A stretch of DNA of 64,000 bases from Rebecca billardiae RCC1528 (Eukaryota > Protista > Haptophyta), in contig OZ251222.1 of NCBI GenBank assembly GCA_965240325.2, forward strand, positions 744,001 through 808,000, written 5' to 3'. Positions 61,956-64,000 of the stretch are shown one piece after another. The notes under the pieces were generated by a model, which was given only the letters and a program-made list of their open reading frames with translations, was not told where the DNA came from and ran no database searches. Every line of letters begins with the position of its first letter. Position 1 is the stretch's first letter. A program made the translations under genes and the position numbers.

Positions 61956-64000
61956 CTATTCTTTGCTGGGCCTCGCAGACGCCGCCGCCGGCTTTGCGCC
62001 GCCATCGGACGCCGCGCGATCGTCCGCGTTGCCAGCAGCCGTCGCGGCGCTGACGTCCACCGCAAGCCGCAGCAGCCCGAAGAGCGGACGCGCATCTGCC
62101 GTCGAGTCGCCGCCGTCCCTGGCGACGACGGGCGCGGCGCGCGCGCTGCCCAGCCCGAGCGGGTCAGCCGGCGTCGGCTCGCCCAGCGTCGCGCGCAGCA
62201 GCGCGGTGGTCGCCACCGACGGCGTGAGCAGCCTCGCCGTGCCCAGCGCCCACACCAGCCGCCCCGCCTCGGCCGGAGCCAGCGCGCCCTCGGCGGCCGC
62301 GGCCGAGGCGCGGTCGGGCGCCGCGCCGAGCCCGTATTCAAGACTCTCTTGCACGAGGCCGAGGAGCTCTGCGCCACGCGGGAAGCCGCCGCGCGGCGCC
62401 GCGCGCGGGTCCGCGCTCACGGTGGCGACGGCCCATGCCAGGTGCGCCAGCTCTGACGGCGCGCACCGCGCCCGCAGCGCGCCGGCGGATGCGTCCGCGA
62501 TCTGGCCAAGCAATTTGAAGTCGTGATACCGGGCATGCGCGAACGCGGCGGCGAGCAGCCCGAGCGAGCCCACGCCAAAGGCGCTGAGCTGCCGCGCGCG
62601 CACGGCGGCCGCGAGCTCGTCGAGCAGCCGCGCGTGCGGCTCGCGCGCCGCGCTGCACAGCGACCACGCGAGCTTCGCGAGGTCGACGTCGTCCGCGTCG
62701 GCGAGGTGCGGGACCATCCGAAGTCCGAGCTCGGGCAGCAGTCGCCGGGTCGACTCGGGCAGCGGGCTGAAGCCGTCCACCGACGCGTACGCCTGGTGGC
62801 GCGCGGCGCAGGCACGCGCGTGGGCGGCCGCGCGGTCGGTCGGGCACGGGGGCGAGCGCCGCGCCGCGCACGCGCGCGCAGCCGGCCGCGCGCACGCACG
62901 CGCACAGCGCGTGGCATGAAGCCTACCGCGCGCGCGGCGCGCGGCCGCATCGGCGCACACACGCGTCGCGCGGCGCGCGTCGCGCGCGGCTGCGCGCGGC
63001 TGCGCACCCAGAGAAGCTTGCTCAGGGAGCGGGTGGTGCGCCAGTCGAGCCGCGTGCTCTCCGCCTCAGCGGCGGCGGCGCCCGGCGCTGAGCCGGCGCC
63101 GCCCGGCCCGGCGCCGTGCAGCGCGGAGAGCGTGTGCACTGCCACGCGCTCCATCAGAGCGCCGTGGCGCACGCACGCCTGCGCGTCGTGACACGGCCGT
63201 GGTGCCGCGCAAGGGCGGGCGGGGGCGCTGGGCGCGCGGCTGAGAGGGCGCGCGCGGGGCGGGGTGCGCGCGTGCGCGGCGCGGCGCGCGCCGAGGCGCT
63301 CTCGCGCGCGCGGCGGCGCGTGCCTGCGCCATCGCCCACGAGAGCAACGCGGCATCGTGAACGCTGAGCGCGCGCTCGTGCGTCGCGGCCGCGTCTGCCA
63401 CCCTGCCCACCAGCGCGCGCGTCTCCGCGGAGTTCGGGTCTGCCGTGGCGTACGCGGCGGCGAGGTGCGCGATGGCCGCGGGCTCGAAGCCGCGCAGCCG
63501 CGCGGCCGACGTCGGGCTCGTGTCCCCCGCCTCGTCGGCACCCGGCTGCGCCCCAGGCCGGCCGGCGCGAGCGCGCGCGCCAGCGGCCGCGCACCCAGGC
63601 GCCCCCGTCGATCGATCGGCGCGCGCGTCTGCCGGGGCCCCCTCGCCCTCCGCCGGCGCGCTCGGCGGCGGCAGCGGCGCGAGCTCGCGGAAGAGCGCCG
63701 GCTCGGCGACCCCGGCGCTCGCGAGCGCGTACAGCACGACCGAGAGCTGGTGCGGCCGCATCCGCGCCGCGTGCGCGCGCACCGCCGGCACGGCGCGGTC
63801 GAGGAACGTCGCTGCGCGCGCGTGGCCGGACGCTCTGAAGGCCCACACGAGCTCAGCGAGCTGCGCGCGCGAGCACGCGTGCGGGTCGACGCCGTCGGCG
63901 AGGGCGTCGAAGACGGGGCTCTCGCGCACGAGCGCGCGGAGGGACGGCTCGGCCGACGCTGACCCCGCCGACCCCGCCGCCGACGACGCCGCGCTCGCGC
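61956..64000 (-). CDS. OPR/RAP(FASTK)-like helical-repeat RNA-binding protein, 3' part; introns 63179-63323 (GC-AG) and 62793-63007 (GT-AG)
   Basis: Repeats QLAELVWAF, QLSVVLYALA, DAALLSWAMA, SLSKLLWAYA, DLAKLAWSL, ELAHLAWAVA; both introns restore the frame and complete repeat units. Confidence 0.75.

Overview
Very GC-rich, gene-dense eukaryotic nuclear DNA with few, short introns. The composition, a plastid-targeted peroxidase, a selenoprotein with a SECIS and a likely GC-AG intron suggest a haptophyte-like alga (inference only). About 22 protein-coding genes or relics are present: ShK/prolyl 4-hydroxylase, UNC-93-like MFS, DoxX-like, RING protein, class I heme peroxidase, pectinacetylesterase-like, TLC, GT8, NHL, SELENOF, NEK and STE20 kinases, MYND, MFI/C11orf65-like, C2H2 pseudogene, homeobox, a 4553-aa Pro-rich REJ/GPS/EF-hand protein, methyltransferase-thioredoxin fusion, DUF924 and an OPR/RAP-like repeat protein. 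Many form head-to-head pairs. AT-richer spacers are peppered with micro-duplications and hold several mobile elements. Two highlights are missed by the ORF track. (1) A SELENOF/Sep15 gene (22335-22739) has TWO in-frame UGA codons, the canonical CxU plus an unusual CSSU in the Cys-rich domain, followed by a well-formed type II SECIS. (2) A 1227-bp TG...CA element with a 5-bp target duplication (55536-56762) is built from three direct 96-bp palindromic repeats separated by two mutually inverted internal segments, with back-to-back tRNA-type A/B boxes at its centre. Most long ORFs in the track are antisense or shadow frames caused by high GC.
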